From Hormiphora californensis (lineage: Eukaryota; Animalia; Ctenophora), in NCBI GenBank assembly GCA_020137815.1, contig CM035350.1:3720001-3784000 (forward strand): a stretch of 64,000 nt of DNA. The letters run 5' to 3'. Below are positions 14,101 to 25,700 of the stretch, one piece after another. Below the pieces are notes generated by a model. It made no database searches, had not been told where the DNA came from, and saw only the letters and a list, made by a program, of their open reading frames with translations. Positions within the stretch are counted from its first letter, which is position 1, and each line of letters begins with the position of its first letter. The translations under genes and the position numbers were made by a program.

Positions 14101-14643
14101 GCTTAGCGCTGCCAGACATATCCATAAGGGCATGACTGTACTGGTATATAATCTTATTTCTGTTGATTTCATTCTCTGCGGTCAATCCGTGTCACACAAA
14201 TGAAGCACAATCAGAAAGCATAGCCCGATAGCATGATATGAATCTAGGGAGATGCTGAATGTATTGCATGTCTGATGATCGGAAGTTGGTAAACTCGGAT
14301 AATACCAACTACAGAACTAGTATATGTGAATATCCTTATGAAGCTCCTAATTGTGCTCTTATAGTATTAGTATTAGTATTAGTATACTGCAGCTGCATGT
14401 CGCTAGTCATCTTGTGTCAACCTCCGCTGAAATGTGAACTCTCTCTACAAGTGACATCCTCCTATCCCTCAAACACAGTTGGATTTGGCAGAGTTGTGTC
14501 AGATGTTCACCATCAAGTACGATATGTCCATTGTGAACCTGGTCGAGAACGCTGGACTTCCCATTGAGACGAGCAAGCTGCTCATCAGGATCTGCAATTC
14601 CGTGATCACCGCCAACAACTCATCCAACAACAAGTGTGGATAA
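941..14643 (+). CDS. Divergent annexin-family protein, 5' end outside window, multi-exon, apparently two annexin cores
   Basis: Phase-consistent GT-AG exons starting near 941, 1366, 1601, 2082, 2299, 3452, 4797, 5206, 11276, 11660, 12173, 12630, 13232, 13470, 13892 and 14479 (stop TAA 14641-14643). Annexin-like peptides: FILIARSE|VDLHEISVEYELRHSESL; SQLAEIDSAY; KSLSETLNENLMGEFQRFVSAIMKG; DEDLAKADARIL; WTDEDNVFNEVFIKRNMSQLRLTFHHYTEDTGSDITDVILEEFS; WIIASRFK|LDLAELCQMFTIKYDMSI. Confidence 0.8.
2586..3309. mobile_element. TIR-flanked non-autonomous element (~720 bp) in annexin intron, carrying X-box-like palindromes
   Basis: TAAAGTCCATTTTTCAACTTTTC (2586) is the near-perfect reverse complement of GAAAAGTTGAATAAATGGACTTTA (ends 3309); no transposase ORF. 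Confidence 0.5.
3990..4460. repeat. Degenerate (CT)n microsatellite tract
   Basis: Interrupted CT dinucleotide runs; source of the spurious SLSLSL/ERERER ORFs. Confidence 0.9.
5644..11253 (+). mobile_element. Non-LTR retrotransposon (LINE), near full length, 5' two-thirds sequence-degraded
   Basis: RT remnants FRKVFD (~9150) and PQG..SPLLF (~9310); clean C-terminal ORF 9749-10699 with CLECGLLPDSSYHKLFEC (C-x2-C-x8-H-x4-C knuckle); AT-rich 3' UTR; (TAA)n tail 11235-11253; both flanks are CTCTATCT/(CT)n. Confidence 0.8.
9749..10699 (+). CDS. C-terminal part of LINE ORF2 (post-RT region plus CCHC zinc knuckle)
   Basis: 316-aa ORF ending in the C-x2-C-x8-H-x4-C motif typical of non-LTR ORF2 C-termini; the start is an artefact of upstream frameshifts. 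Confidence 0.7.
   Translation: MVYFQNRVLRSFSGPLGWKTRYQAFKKTSGRAKLKSREVSFYVPNDRRPSPNVPPLASLRILTIKFVLKGLLAEDSISAKLLQIDSEPYHKFAHHLTMTKCYLRWVEDQDQESTDANVPAATRRRSFLRRCDLINYERDQLLYTKGEIDDYGYKLWDDTVKQQMEHLFKTDEYTLEPSHTVEDLRRLVNTREVVLTPLLHRALSRGESTAIIDFTHGHNLRFQNFAFRYLQHDSTVSVPTCLECGLLPDSSYHKLFECVSAGAVSALRQELSSLAIYELNYRIPLIFCQDKNVKRKFRMLVAHILENSTFDDNLLT
13009..13076. repeat. Short imperfect palindrome/hairpin
   Basis: CATAATTTCTCAGTCCC..GCTTCATA-T-TATGAAGC..GGGACTGAGAAATTATG. Confidence 0.8.
13573..13748. repeat. G-rich 38-bp minisatellite, ~4.5 copies, intronic
   Basis: Unit TATATTGGGTGGGTTTGGTGGGGAATGTATGTGCATTA repeated in tandem. Confidence 0.9.
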
Positions 14644-14898
14644 CGTGTTAACTCTCTAAGAGCTCGTTGTCATGGTAACACTCCCATGGTAACGTGGTTA
14701 CCTCTCAACACGTTATCAGGGGAGAGGTAGAGCGTTACTAATAGTTGGTTACCTTGGCAACCGCGTCCTGTTATTATCCGGTACTAAAATCAGGTTGTTT
14801 GTTTGTGTGTTCCAGTATGAAAAGTTAGATGCAGGTACATTTAAAGTAGGATGAACTCAGTTGGGAAGGGATAGTGCAATTTGGATGGACAAGATATA

Positions 14899-15139
14899 CC
14901 TTACTCTCGTTTTTTAAGAAACGCTTTAGTAAGAAACTTTTTTATAAGAAACTTTTCAAATGTAAGTCACACAATTCAGAGACACCACAACAAAATAGAA
15001 CACCCCTAACTTGTTTAGTTTCTTGATAAAGGAGAAATTCTTTTTGTTTTTGGATTGCTTACACCTGTAGTTTCCTAGAAAAAAAGTTTCTTATTTAAAA
15101 GTTTCTTGAAATATGCGAGCTTAATTAACGAGAGTAAGG
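14899..15139. mobile_element. MITE with TA target-site duplication
   Basis: TA|CCTTACTCTCGTT ... AACGAGAGTAAGG|TA, with internal TAAGAAAC/GTTTCTT subrepeats. Confidence 0.75.
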
Positions 15140-15800
15140 TATGTTAAAGATATGAATGTCATATTATATACGTTATTTGTGTTTGGAGTGAGCGGTCCTC
15201 AATATAATATGGGTGCTTGTTGTACGAGGGGAGAACAAGAATTGCCTCACAAATATATATTTGTCAGACCTATCAGACCATATAAGGTCTGATAGTTTGA
15301 CGGTTAAACACTCGGTAAAAGCGATCCAGCTAAATTGTGAATGTATAAGTTGTGTACCAAGTGTATACGGCCGCTCTCATAGTTTTCTATTCGAGTAGAA
15401 AATAAACACGCTTCTATATATTTTTCAAAAAATTAACGCATCTATCGCCATCTTCATTCATCAAAAAATTAAACATCCTCACTAAAATATCTTCCATTAC
15501 AACTATTATATTCTACCCGTCCCTGCAAGGACAGAAGACCCATTTGAGTGCCCTAAGGAGCCCATAATCGTCCTCCCACCGACCCTTACTGTCCGATATT
15601 TCATCCTCGTCCTCCTGCATTCCCGGGGTACAAGAGCACGTGGTGGTGGTCTTGTTGGATAGAGGTTCCATTCTCATACTAGTAAAGAAGGTGATCATTC
15701 CTTGCTCCCCACATCCACCTCCCCTCCTCCTCAGTCTACAATACTAGAGAAGTCTGACGTGTTATCGTAATCAACTAAGTTATCCTCATCCTGATTCTCA

Positions 15801-17225
15801 TTATCTAGGGCAGCAGATAACCGAGGCATTCCCCCAGCCCGATCCAGTGGAGCCATAAGATTTCAAAACCGGGACTTTCTTCTTTAGACTGGAATCGCTG
15901 TGATCATCATCTCCCCCAATGGAAGCCACCTTGTCCAGAGTCTGGGAGTTGGTGGTGGTGGTGGTTGTCAGCTTGCTACGGGTCATCATCTGTTCCATTT
16001 CTTGATGGAGCTCCTCAAACCTAGACCGTGGTTTCTTCTCCACCTCATCATGATCTGATCCAGATGCTGCCTTGTTGTCCCGCAGGTACAGAAGATACTT
16101 GTCCACCTGTTCAGGGGAGTAGACTTGGCTGGCGGATCGTTTGATGCAAGCTGCACGATGGTGACTCTCCCATGTTTTATCATTGTCACTCTTAGCTGCC
16201 ACGGTAGTTGTGGTGCTTGCTTCTTCCACAGTTTTCCCAGAGTTGTTAGTTTCTAGATTGTGAGAGTTGAAGGTGTTCTCAATCAGCTCAGAACTGTCAA
16301 CAATATGTCCCCCGGTGACTGAGCTAGTCTCCGATATATCCGTTCTCTCCTCCTTGCGCTCCAGAATCAAATCCTCAACTTGGTTGAAGATCCGTTCCAC
16401 ATGCCTATTATCTGTCGACTGGATGGTAGTAGATTTTGTAGCAGAGGTAGGCTGGGAGACTGATGATTCAGATGTTGTATCCATTGAATCGGGAACCGGA
16501 ACTTGTGCTGTTTCAACTGGTTGGACCTTCATTGGCGGGGTTGCGCCATTATTCTTCGTTTGATCATGTTTAGCGGTTTTAAAACTCGTACTAGGACTCA
16601 TTGTCGAACTACCGTCCTCTTGATCTGTTTGGTCTTTCTTGGAAACAGCGGATTTGAAATCTGAAGGCGTGCAAGACGAGGAGGAACTTTCCGTTTCAAT
16701 ATCAACACCCTGATTGCTCACTCCTGAGATCATTCTCTCAAGCGCTCTTGGAATGGCCTGCTCGTGTGAGTCGTACGTTTGTCTGTCTGTCTCTGGAGAT
16801 GATTCCTTGGTCGCGACAACGCCTGCAATAGCAACAGGAACATCAATCGAATCGGAATCACTTGATACATCAGCAGAGTGGTCTGTGTGGGTGTTCCTAC
16901 TTCTAGCCTCACTGGAAATATCCGATGATTCGCTCTGGCTAGAGTGATCCCGTCGCTCCGGAGAGGACTTGATTATCGACATAGACAGTTGATGAAATGT
17001 TGGGGCATCACTGCACTCATGGAAGCAAACCTCGGAGTCATCAGAGTCACTTTCATCAGTTTCATTTACTACAAACTTTCCGGGTCCTTTCCTAGAGACC
17101 AAAGGGCTAGAAGTGAGGTCTATTGTTCGTTCCAATGTGTTCCTCTTATAGGCAAACGTCTTGACTGGTGCCACTTTCTTCAACTCTTCACTGAAGGTAA
17201 GATCTAGAAGGAGGCTGTAGATGAC
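15801..17225 (-). CDS. Continuation of the same Ser/Thr-rich protein in another frame (frameshifted gene or assembly indels)
   Basis: Frame open from 17225 to 15801 with only a TTG start at 17183, same composition, abutting the 938-aa ORF; further short coding-like pieces continue to ~15513. Confidence 0.6.
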   Translation of the reverse strand, partial: VIYSLLLDLTFSEELKKVAPVKTFAYKRNTLERTIDLTSSPLVSRKGPGKFVVNETDESDSDDSEVCFHECSDAPTFHQLSMSIIKSSPERRDHSSQSESSDISSEARSRNTHTDHSADVSSDSDSIDVPVAIAGVVATKESSPETDRQTYDSHEQAIPRALERMISGVSNQGVDIETESSSSSCTPSDFKSAVSKKDQTDQEDGSSTMSPSTSFKTAKHDQTKNNGATPPMKVQPVETAQVPVPDSMDTTSESSVSQPTSATKSTTIQSTDNRHVERIFNQVEDLILERKEERTDISETSSVTGGHIVDSSELIENTFNSHNLETNNSGKTVEEASTTTTVAAKSDNDKTWESHHRAACIKRSASQVYSPEQVDKYLLYLRDNKAASGSDHDEVEKKPRSRFEELHQEMEQMMTRSKLTTTTTTNSQTLDKVASIGGDDDHSDSSLKKKVPVLKSYGSTGSGWGNASVICCPR

Positions 17226-20004
17226 CTAGCAGCAGGAGATTTGGCAGGGGATTTGGCAGGAGATTTGGCAGGAGATTTGGCAGGAGATTTGGCAGGAGAT
17301 TTGGGGGACTCCAGATTGAGAGATACTGGTCTGTACAAAGCCCTCTTGAAAGGAACTGCAGGGGTAGTGGTAGTGGAGCTTGTAGAGGAATGTTGACAAA
17401 GGAATATCGAAGCTGATCCGGTCTATTCTGCTCAGCAGATTCACCACAACTCTGATCCGCAAAATTATTACGACTCTCCTCAGAGGATTTGTTACCACTC
17501 TCACCCGAAGATTTGTTATGACTCTCCTCAGATTTCACAAGACTTTCCTTATTAGACGTGTTATGGCTTTTAGTGTCACTGCTTGAAGAAGAAAGGTTTG
17601 ACAAACCTCTCATAGTGGTATCTGGCTTAGTCCCATAGCTTTCCAAATCACTCCCAATATTCACCTTCATAGAGATTGAAGAAGATTGGTCTAAAGTTGA
17701 ACCTCTCTTGACATTTCCCTGGGAAGATTCAATCTTTGAGGAGGCATCGCTAGTAACTGAGGCAAGACTGTTGGTGGATGTCTGTGTGCCAAACGTTGCC
17801 CTCCTCGGTTCCTCAGCCGTCACGGGCAACAGTTTCTCGGGGGATCGGGTGTACATTTCATTTGGTGTGGTGATCTTGGTGGAGCTATTGTACTCACTTC
17901 TGCTCTTCGATTCACTTTTCGGTGGGGAGGGTTTAGCAGCCAGCTCGTGTTGCTTCATCTCTGCCAGGGAAGTGATAGAGTCCGTACCTGCGGAATTTAA
18001 CGAGGACAGAGAGGTGGTGCTGTAACTAACCAGTCTAACTAGCTTCGCCTGATCCTCCAGCCGCTTCAAGTCCTCACTTTGCCTCACTATCTGCTTAACA
18101 AGATCATACGGTGCATGGACACCGTCCGAAGATGAGGTACTTTTCTCGGTGACTGACAGGATGGATTCCAGCTCCTTTTGGTTTAAAACAGAGAGTTGAG
18201 GGAGGTTCATGGTGGAGAGGTTGGGGAGATTAAACATGCTCGTTTGGGTTAGACTTCCCTCCATGGGGGTGATGTTGGTAAAAGAGGCAGAGGGGTCAGA
18301 TCTCTGGTCAGGGTAAGGTGCTACTGCCGACACTTCACTAATGGTACTGACTTCGATTGAAGGAACGTCCTCAAAACTAGGGTCACTGATGCTCTCTACT
18401 ATAATCGTAGGTTTCTTGATAGTAGGGGCAGGAATTGGCACACCGACATTGAGACCTGTACTCTCCAGGGGTTCTGGAGACTTCTGGAAAGCCTTGTTAA
18501 CCTCAAATTGCCCTCTCATACCAGTAGGCCCTTGGTCTAGAGATCGTCGCCTCTGCATCTCCAGTGTCTCTATTTCTACTTCACCCGCCACAACATCATC
18601 CGAAATGTACCCCGGCGAGATCTCCTCCGACCCTTCACTCTCCTCTACGGCTTTCTTCTTCTTCCCCTTTCCCTCCTTGTACTTGAAATCTATTTCCTTC
18701 TCGTAGACACCTCCCCTCTCGGGTACATCTCCCGGGGAGGATGCACGGTGCTCCATAACAGTCATCAGCCAGCTTCCACCCTCACCTGATCCTGATTTAC
18801 AGCTTTCATCACTCTCGGGAGAGCTCTCAAACTCACTTCCACTGGTGAACTTTTCCCGCTTGATTATGATCCCCGAAGGAAGGACAATCTCACTGTCACT
18901 GGAGGAGCTGTCCGCTAGGGTACTGTTGCTCTCGCTGCTCAGGTGGTCATCATCTGACTCGTTTGCTGCTTTGACCGGTCTCACAATCTGGACCCTTGCC
19001 AGCGGAGGAGGGTCATCGACACTGCTGTCAGACTTCTCTCTGCTCCTATCAACTGCAGTACTAGGGTGGCTTTTCACTGATGAGCTCGAGCTGTAGGCTG
19101 ACGATTTGAAACTCTCCTGGCTTGAATAGTGACTGTTGTTTTTCTTCAAGTTGTAAATGACAGATTCATTCTCGGTGGAGTAATCGCTATCATTGGAAGA
19201 GTACTGTCTCCTAGTTCGCTGTGAGCCACCATCATTAGTTTTGGACTCGGAGGTGGTGGTCAAGGCCCCAGCTCCCTCGGACACATCCGAGGAGGTGGAG
19301 GTGTCGAGGGAGTAATCGACAAGTCGCTCCCCGCCCAGACTGCCAGTCCCTGAGGATAGGGACGCGTCTGATAGGCTGTGGAGGAGATTGCCGCTGCTGT
19401 CTCCAGATGTAAGCGAGGACTCAGAGTCACTCCGAACAAGGTTTACTAGCTCTACGGAGGGGACAACCTTCCGTTTAACCTGGTCAAGAAAACGAACACG
19501 TTTGTTAAAGGAATTGCTACGAGAGTGCGGCACACTAGACGATGTAGTATTCTGATAAGTCTCCAGGTAACCAGATGTGTAGGGTCTGTCTGTACTGATT
19601 GAATGTCTTAATATCGATTTCCTGGTTAAATTGGCACCGCTTGTTTGTGTTGTTTTCATAGGAATTACCGCCTGTACCGCACTCTCGACGGACCCATGGC
19701 GTCTGGGAGTGGTGGAAGGTGGTCCGCGGAGGACACGTCGAGCTCTATTCCGGGTTCCCACAGGTGAGGCTGAAGAGTGTCTTTTTGGGTTGTTGTTTGC
19801 CGCTTTTAGTGCCTGGCTGACAGCGTACTGTCCATGGGTGGGGCGGTACTGGGGGTTTTGTACAGCCACCTCATCTACCGAAGGGTCAAAGGCTCTGGTC
19901 CCACCACGGGATTTCCGTGTTGGGTCGGAGCGAGGTTTCCTTTGATCACCATCATACGAGCCCGGATAGAGGTCATGTGTGTCAGGGTGTAGCATCCCTG
20001 ACAT
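17188..20004 (-). CDS. Large intronless Ser/Glu-rich low-complexity protein, N-terminal segment, function unknown
   Basis: 938-aa ORF with an ATG start, much too long for chance; disordered composition; the last ~70 codons probably run in the wrong frame. Confidence 0.7.
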   Translation of the reverse strand: MSGMLHPDTHDLYPGSYDGDQRKPRSDPTRKSRGGTRAFDPSVDEVAVQNPQYRPTHGQYAVSQALKAANNNPKRHSSASPVGTRNRARRVLRGPPSTTPRRHGSVESAVQAVIPMKTTQTSGANLTRKSILRHSISTDRPYTSGYLETYQNTTSSSVPHSRSNSFNKRVRFLDQVKRKVVPSVELVNLVRSDSESSLTSGDSSGNLLHSLSDASLSSGTGSLGGERLVDYSLDTSTSSDVSEGAGALTTTSESKTNDGGSQRTRRQYSSNDSDYSTENESVIYNLKKNNSHYSSQESFKSSAYSSSSSVKSHPSTAVDRSREKSDSSVDDPPPLARVQIVRPVKAANESDDDHLSSESNSTLADSSSSDSEIVLPSGIIIKREKFTSGSEFESSPESDESCKSGSGEGGSWLMTVMEHRASSPGDVPERGGVYEKEIDFKYKEGKGKKKKAVEESEGSEEISPGYISDDVVAGEVEIETLEMQRRRSLDQGPTGMRGQFEVNKAFQKSPEPLESTGLNVGVPIPAPTIKKPTIIVESISDPSFEDVPSIEVSTISEVSAVAPYPDQRSDPSASFTNITPMEGSLTQTSMFNLPNLSTMNLPQLSVLNQKELESILSVTEKSTSSSDGVHAPYDLVKQIVRQSEDLKRLEDQAKLVRLVSYSTTSLSSLNSAGTDSITSLAEMKQHELAAKPSPPKSESKSRSEYNSSTKITTPNEMYTRSPEKLLPVTAEEPRRATFGTQTSTNSLASVTSDASSKIESSQGNVKRGSTLDQSSSISMKVNIGSDLESYGTKPDTTMRGLSNLSSSSSDTKSHNTSNKESLVKSEESHNKSSGESGNKSSEESRNNFADQSCGESAEQNRPDQLRYSFVNIPLQAPLPLPLQFLSRGLCTDQYLSIWSPPNLLPNLLPNLLPNLLPNPLPNLLLLGHLQPPSRSYLQ
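17228..17304 (-). repeat. 12-bp coding tandem repeat (AAATCTCCTGCC)x6 = KSPA repeats
   Basis: Plus strand GGCAGGAGATTT x6; the single internal variant (TCT>TCC) is synonymous only in the KSPA frame. Confidence 0.85.
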
Positions 20005-22719
20005 TTATCATACTACCTAGATAGGGAACATAGGTTATATTGTTTGTGTTATATCTCTTAAAAATACTTTTTGAGTAACAAAAATACAACATCATGAACT
20101 TGAAAAGTAGTCCTGTTCAACCATAGCAAGTGGTTATGCAACATAAGGAATATTATATGTTGGCCGATCGTATACCCAATTGCAAAGGGTGTGTGGGTTT
20201 TATACACAGTATAATTTATGAAACTATTATCAATCATTAAACGGGATATCATTTATAACGGAGCTAAAGAGCTGAGAGCAATGCAGTAATAATGACAATA
20301 TGACTGACTTACAATTATTGCTCTCACTGCATAATTTATACACTGTTTAGCTGTCAGCCCAGAGGTGGATCAATTGCAAATTACGTAATTCAAGTTAAAA
20401 CGAGGGTAGGCTATCATGCTAGACTATTATATCTGGTCAGACTGTGCACTGTACTTAGTCAAACTACAAAGGGTTCCCTTTCAAAGGAACGTTAAAATGG
20501 TAGTATACTACCTAGAACTATAGTTCTTGGGCGTCAACCTCATTGAGGGATGGGAGCGTCAGACTCTCAGAGTCTGTGTGAGTCAAATAGTTTCTCAGTA
20601 TGGTGTTATATAGACAATTATACCGACCCTTGCACTACTATCATAATAGCACCACACTGAGACCTCTATGTGAAAAAAAGAGATCAAAAAGAGAAAAGAA
20701 AGCCTATACAACAATCCAGGTTGTGTGTCTGTGCAAAGCCGGATTCAGAGTGGATCTCATGTTTCAGGGCAATCATCTGAAATGATGGTAGTTTAGTAAA
20801 TGAGACTTTGATGACGTCATATATCAATATTATGACGTAACAAGTTCAGAGAAGATCCTAATATATAAGTGTTCAGCAGTCAAAACAGTGTATATATGAA
20901 ACTTTTTGATTGTGTGTAGGATTGTGTAATCATGTCGGGAGAAATGTCGTGTACGATGTAAGCTCTTATAGGATACAGACAGATGGATTGAAACTACAAA
21001 CATGCTATCTTAATGGGTTAGTGTAGTATTTAGAGGACGAGGACACATCTTTGATAATGTATAACATAAAGAGTACAGACAAGCTTCGGTTTACGAGACT
21101 CTTCTGGGCACTGACGATTTTTGAGAATCAAAACGGGGTCTGGCGCCGACAGACAGTCAGGGCAAGAATTTTTTTCTGGAATGTCCAAATTTGGGGAAAA
21201 TTCATCCCTACGGTAAATGTTAATTAAGGTTCCGGTAAATTGGGGTTCCGGTGTATCGAATTCCGGTACGGGAAAATTAAAACTGAATGCCCTATCAAAA
21301 TGAAACTATGAAAGATACTTATACTTAATTAGTATTTAGTATAAGTATGTCTAGTTTTTAACGTATTATTGATTACCCCCCCCCCCCCCCTAACCCCGAA
21401 AGTGGTTACGAAGGTACCCCTCCCTTGCCAGCGCGTGAAGGTCGATAGGGGTTAAGGATATTTCGTAACCAACCCCAAAGTAGGTTAGCTAATACTGTTA
21501 TTGTATAACAACCAGTGATCACATTTATTCATTGATTTATTCTTATGAATCATGTTGGTATAAAGAACCAAATATACTTTTTTGTGGAATTATTATGGAC
21601 GTCACAACCTCACATGTTTATCGGTGTCCGTTGACCTCTGTCAGCGTCATGCTGACATGCTTATCGTATTATAACAGTTCGCGTGACTCACTCGTTGTTA
21701 TAGAAACCAATTCTAAATCCCAAAACTTACCATTTATTCAGATTTCAGACTTTGTCAAACATATTGTCTTGTTTAGCTGGTGTATCATCTCAATATTACC
21801 TTTGTAACAAGATCCTGTAGGTAGCTTCAACCGTGCACTCACAGGAGCATTTAATAGAATCCAATCCAGTATTGCAGTATGTTTGTTTGCCACAGTTTTC
21901 GTCATTCATTTCTCTTTCACTACCTCCCAACTGTCTCTCTCTCTCTCTCTCTCCCTCTCTCTGATGGATTATGTTTTAAAATATATCAATCTGCGTCATT
22001 CTGTTAAATTTATCTCAATCGAAACCTAGGTTTTCAGAATCATATTTCAATCCTAGTTTTAGCCTTTGGTAACTTTACCAATGTAGCCAGTACTCCATTG
22101 TTGAGTACAACAAGTAATCCGTACAAACATACAAGTATTAAATCCGTCCTGTTTTATGAAACAGTCCATAAGGTGAGGATTGAGGCACCGTGTTAAGTTA
22201 CGAGTTATAACTGTGCAACAACGTTGGTGTGTTTTTGTTATCTCTCGTGGCGGGTACCCAAGTTTGGGGATTGGTAATTTGATTTCAAGACAATTAAGAT
22301 ACGCAGCTTTTTAGTATGGTCAAAACTCAAAGGGTCCCCCTGGTATGATAATGCCTAGAAGTCATATTATATGTTACCTTCTAACAGTCTTTCACTCTTT
22401 CGTCTTGTTATTTGGCATGTTCTTACTTCGCCATTCAAATGCAATCTCAGCTTCTTTTCTATTGCTCTTATCTAGCCCAACATCACGCGGTAGCAGCTCC
22501 TCCTCCTCCCCCAGGGAGCTGGTTCGAAATGCAGCCTATCAGTAAACGGATATTATTACGACGCCAGCACAGATTTGTATATGAGTTGAATATATATAAA
22601 AAGAGCCACACAAATTTCAGTTTTACTTTCTCTAGCCTTGTTTTACTTTTGACGGTTTATTGTACAACTAATCGAAGCTACTTTTGAATCAATTTTAGTG
22701 TGAACAGTGAAACAGAAAG

Positions 22720-25700
22720 ATGGGATTTAGTGTTGACACTGTTGAGGAGGTGGAGGTGAAGAGAAGAAAGGTCCATAGGATATTTGGATATCCAATCACA
22801 ATTCCTTTTATTATCTCAAATGAATTCTGTGAACGGTTCTCCTACTATGGGATGCGAAGTAAGTAATTTTTCAGCAAAGAAGTAACATTAGTGAAAAATA
22901 CTCAATTAGTATTGAGAATTGAAACATGTGTAACTCTTATTGTTATCCTCACAGCGATCCTCACGATATATTTTGTGGAAAAGATTGGGATGACAGATAC
23001 AGAGGCTACAAATTGGTTCCACGAATACGCCATGTTGTGCTACGCTACTCCACTCATTGGTGCCCTAATTGCTGACATCTTCATTGGAAAATTCCTGTAA
23101 TTATTACACCTACTAATTAGTATTTCGTAACATTTTCAATGAAGAATATAGTACATGGTTCATGAAGTTTTGCCTAATGTGCTAATGAAAACCTCTCAGG
23201 ACAATCCTCGGTCTATCGATGGTTTATATTTTGGGCAACCTTCTGATGTCTATATCCTCTGTCGGGAAGTATCCGTTCTTCCAAGCAAACGCTACGACTA
23301 CGGAAATAGAAGGCATCACGTACGACGACTTTACGCCTAAGCTCTGGGGACCGATTGTGGCGCTGCATCTTATTGCCCTTGGGACTGGCGGAATTAAACC
23401 CTGTGTTTCCAGTTTTGGTGGTGATCAGTTCCAACCGTCAGAGGTAGGGGTTTCATCAAAGTACATACAGTCGAACCCCGATTTAGGGGCCCCCGATTTA
23501 GTGGCACCCCGATTTAGGGACAGGATTTTTTTCCCCCGATATAGGAAATTAACATTATTTGACCCCGATTTAGTGGACACCCCGATTTAGTGGACAAGAG
23601 CCTTTCCCCCGAGGGTGTCCCTAAATCGGGGTCCGACTGTAGTTTGGAAATGGGTAATAGTTGTTTTTCAAGTCTCGATAGTCGATAGGTACCCTTGTTT
23701 TCCCTCAGACAGGTCGGATGCAAAGATATTTCTCCATGTTCTACTTCTCCGTTAACGCAGGCAGTATGGTGGCCACCCTCCTCACCCCCGAACTAAGAAG
23801 TGAGTGAAGTCCCACCCCTCCCCCACAATCACCATGTCTGTTAACTATACCCCGAAACTAAAGCCAGACATGGAACCTATAAGAAGGCCAGAAGCACCCA
23901 CTTTCCAATTGTTGAGTCTTACCCCTTACTCAACTGCACTTTCCTGCAGTGATGGGATGCATGGGAGAGGAAACTTGTTACCCCATGGCATTTGGGGTTC
24001 CTGCGGCATTCATGTTGGTTGCTGTCGTTGCCTTTGTTACCGCGGGCATGTGGTACGCTAAGGTGCCTCCCCAGGGAAACCCCATTGTCGATGTCTCCAA
24101 AGTCACATGGGTAAGTTCTCACCCGGTCGATAACTCGATATTTATTTTCATAACTCGATAATAAACCACATGTGAGACATGTTGTGAAGATGTAATGTTA
24201 TGACATGACTTCATTTGTTTCAGTCCATGTTCTTCGGAAGTGAAGATCCCGTTGAAAAGTTTGGGGTAAGTGAAACATAATAGTCTGGTTTTTAAAATGA
24301 GAAAAATACAATCTCTATGTACCCGCTGTGTTTGATAAACAGTTACTTCTCCTCATCTGTGAGACATTGTTGAGTAAGGGGGAAGAGTGAGTGAGACATG
24401 TGATGAAAAATCGATTTGACCTTGCAGGAAAAGAAGTACAAGGAGACACGACAGTTGTGGCGTGTGTTGGCGGTGTTCATTCCCCTGCCGTTTTTCTGGG
24501 CCCTGTTTGATCAGCAAAGCAGCCGATGGGTCCTTCAGGCTCGAGTGATGAATGGAAATCTCACTTTAGGAGGAGATACTGTAAGTTATGACCCACGGGA
24601 GAGTAATCAGCAAGAAACTTGAATTTAATTGCACAGATAGTTTATAAAAATTGTTTCAGTTTGAGATCAAGCCTGACCAGATGCAAGCCCTGAACCCCAT
24701 CTTTATCCTGGCCCTAATCCCTGTTTTCGAGGGAGCCGTCTACCCTATAATGAAGAAGATCGGCCTACCGACAAGGTTACTCTCGGGGTGATGTTTTTTA
24801 CATTATTGGGACGAAAACTTGATCAACTCAACACTAAGCTTCTTATATATTTCAGTGCGACATTCCGAATAATCCTGGGGATGACCATAACATCATGCTC
24901 CTTCATAATCTGTGGTTTCCTACAAATTGCCATGGAGGTACGTCCATGAAAGTCTTTCATCATGGCATAACACTACGAGTCTGTGTGTGATCGTCGCTTG
25001 ACACTGTATCCGTACTCCGGAATAGTTCAAGTCTGTGTGTGATTGTGTTGTAGTAGTAGTAGCTGTGGACCTTTCATCGAAGCGTATAATAACTTCGCTC
25101 CCTGCTGTTACTGTAATCCCATTACGAAAGGGCTTGTTTGCCTTGCTCGATCCTCTCTCACGGCAAATATTGTAAAAGAGGGTAAGAACATGAACATAAC
25201 AAGCGTATGTACTCCGTCAGGGTAAGGCGAGTAGTTTCAACGAGGCCCATGGGACTAACTTTACCGTACACAACCTTCCGAACCAACATCAAATACACGT
25301 GCTAGCACAAGTACCCATGATATTCGTGATCACCTGCGGGGAGATCTTGACTTCTATTACTGTGCTGGAGTTTGCATACTCTTACGTGAGTGGTCGAATT
25401 TAAAAACTTAAGAAATTACTGATTGGGTGTCTATAACATGAAAATTACCTAGGTAGGTACCCCGCCCCTCCCATATAACATCCCGTTGCCTCCAGGCCCC
25501 TCCTTCAATGAAGTCTGTTTGCCAATCATTGTCTCTGTTGACAACAGCCTTTGGAAACCTCGTAGTCATTATCTTCAACAAAGTCACCGAAAAGGAGGTA
25601 ACTCAATCTGTTTTGCAGCACGTTGTGCAGAAACAAACAAATAAAAATTAGATTTCCCAGCCCTAATTACCGTATTCATCTTCCCCCGCAGACCTACCTA

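Noticed and set aside
16267-19945. Plus-strand ORFs of 77-121 aa
   Set aside because: Antisense shadows of the long minus-strand Ser-rich ORFs.
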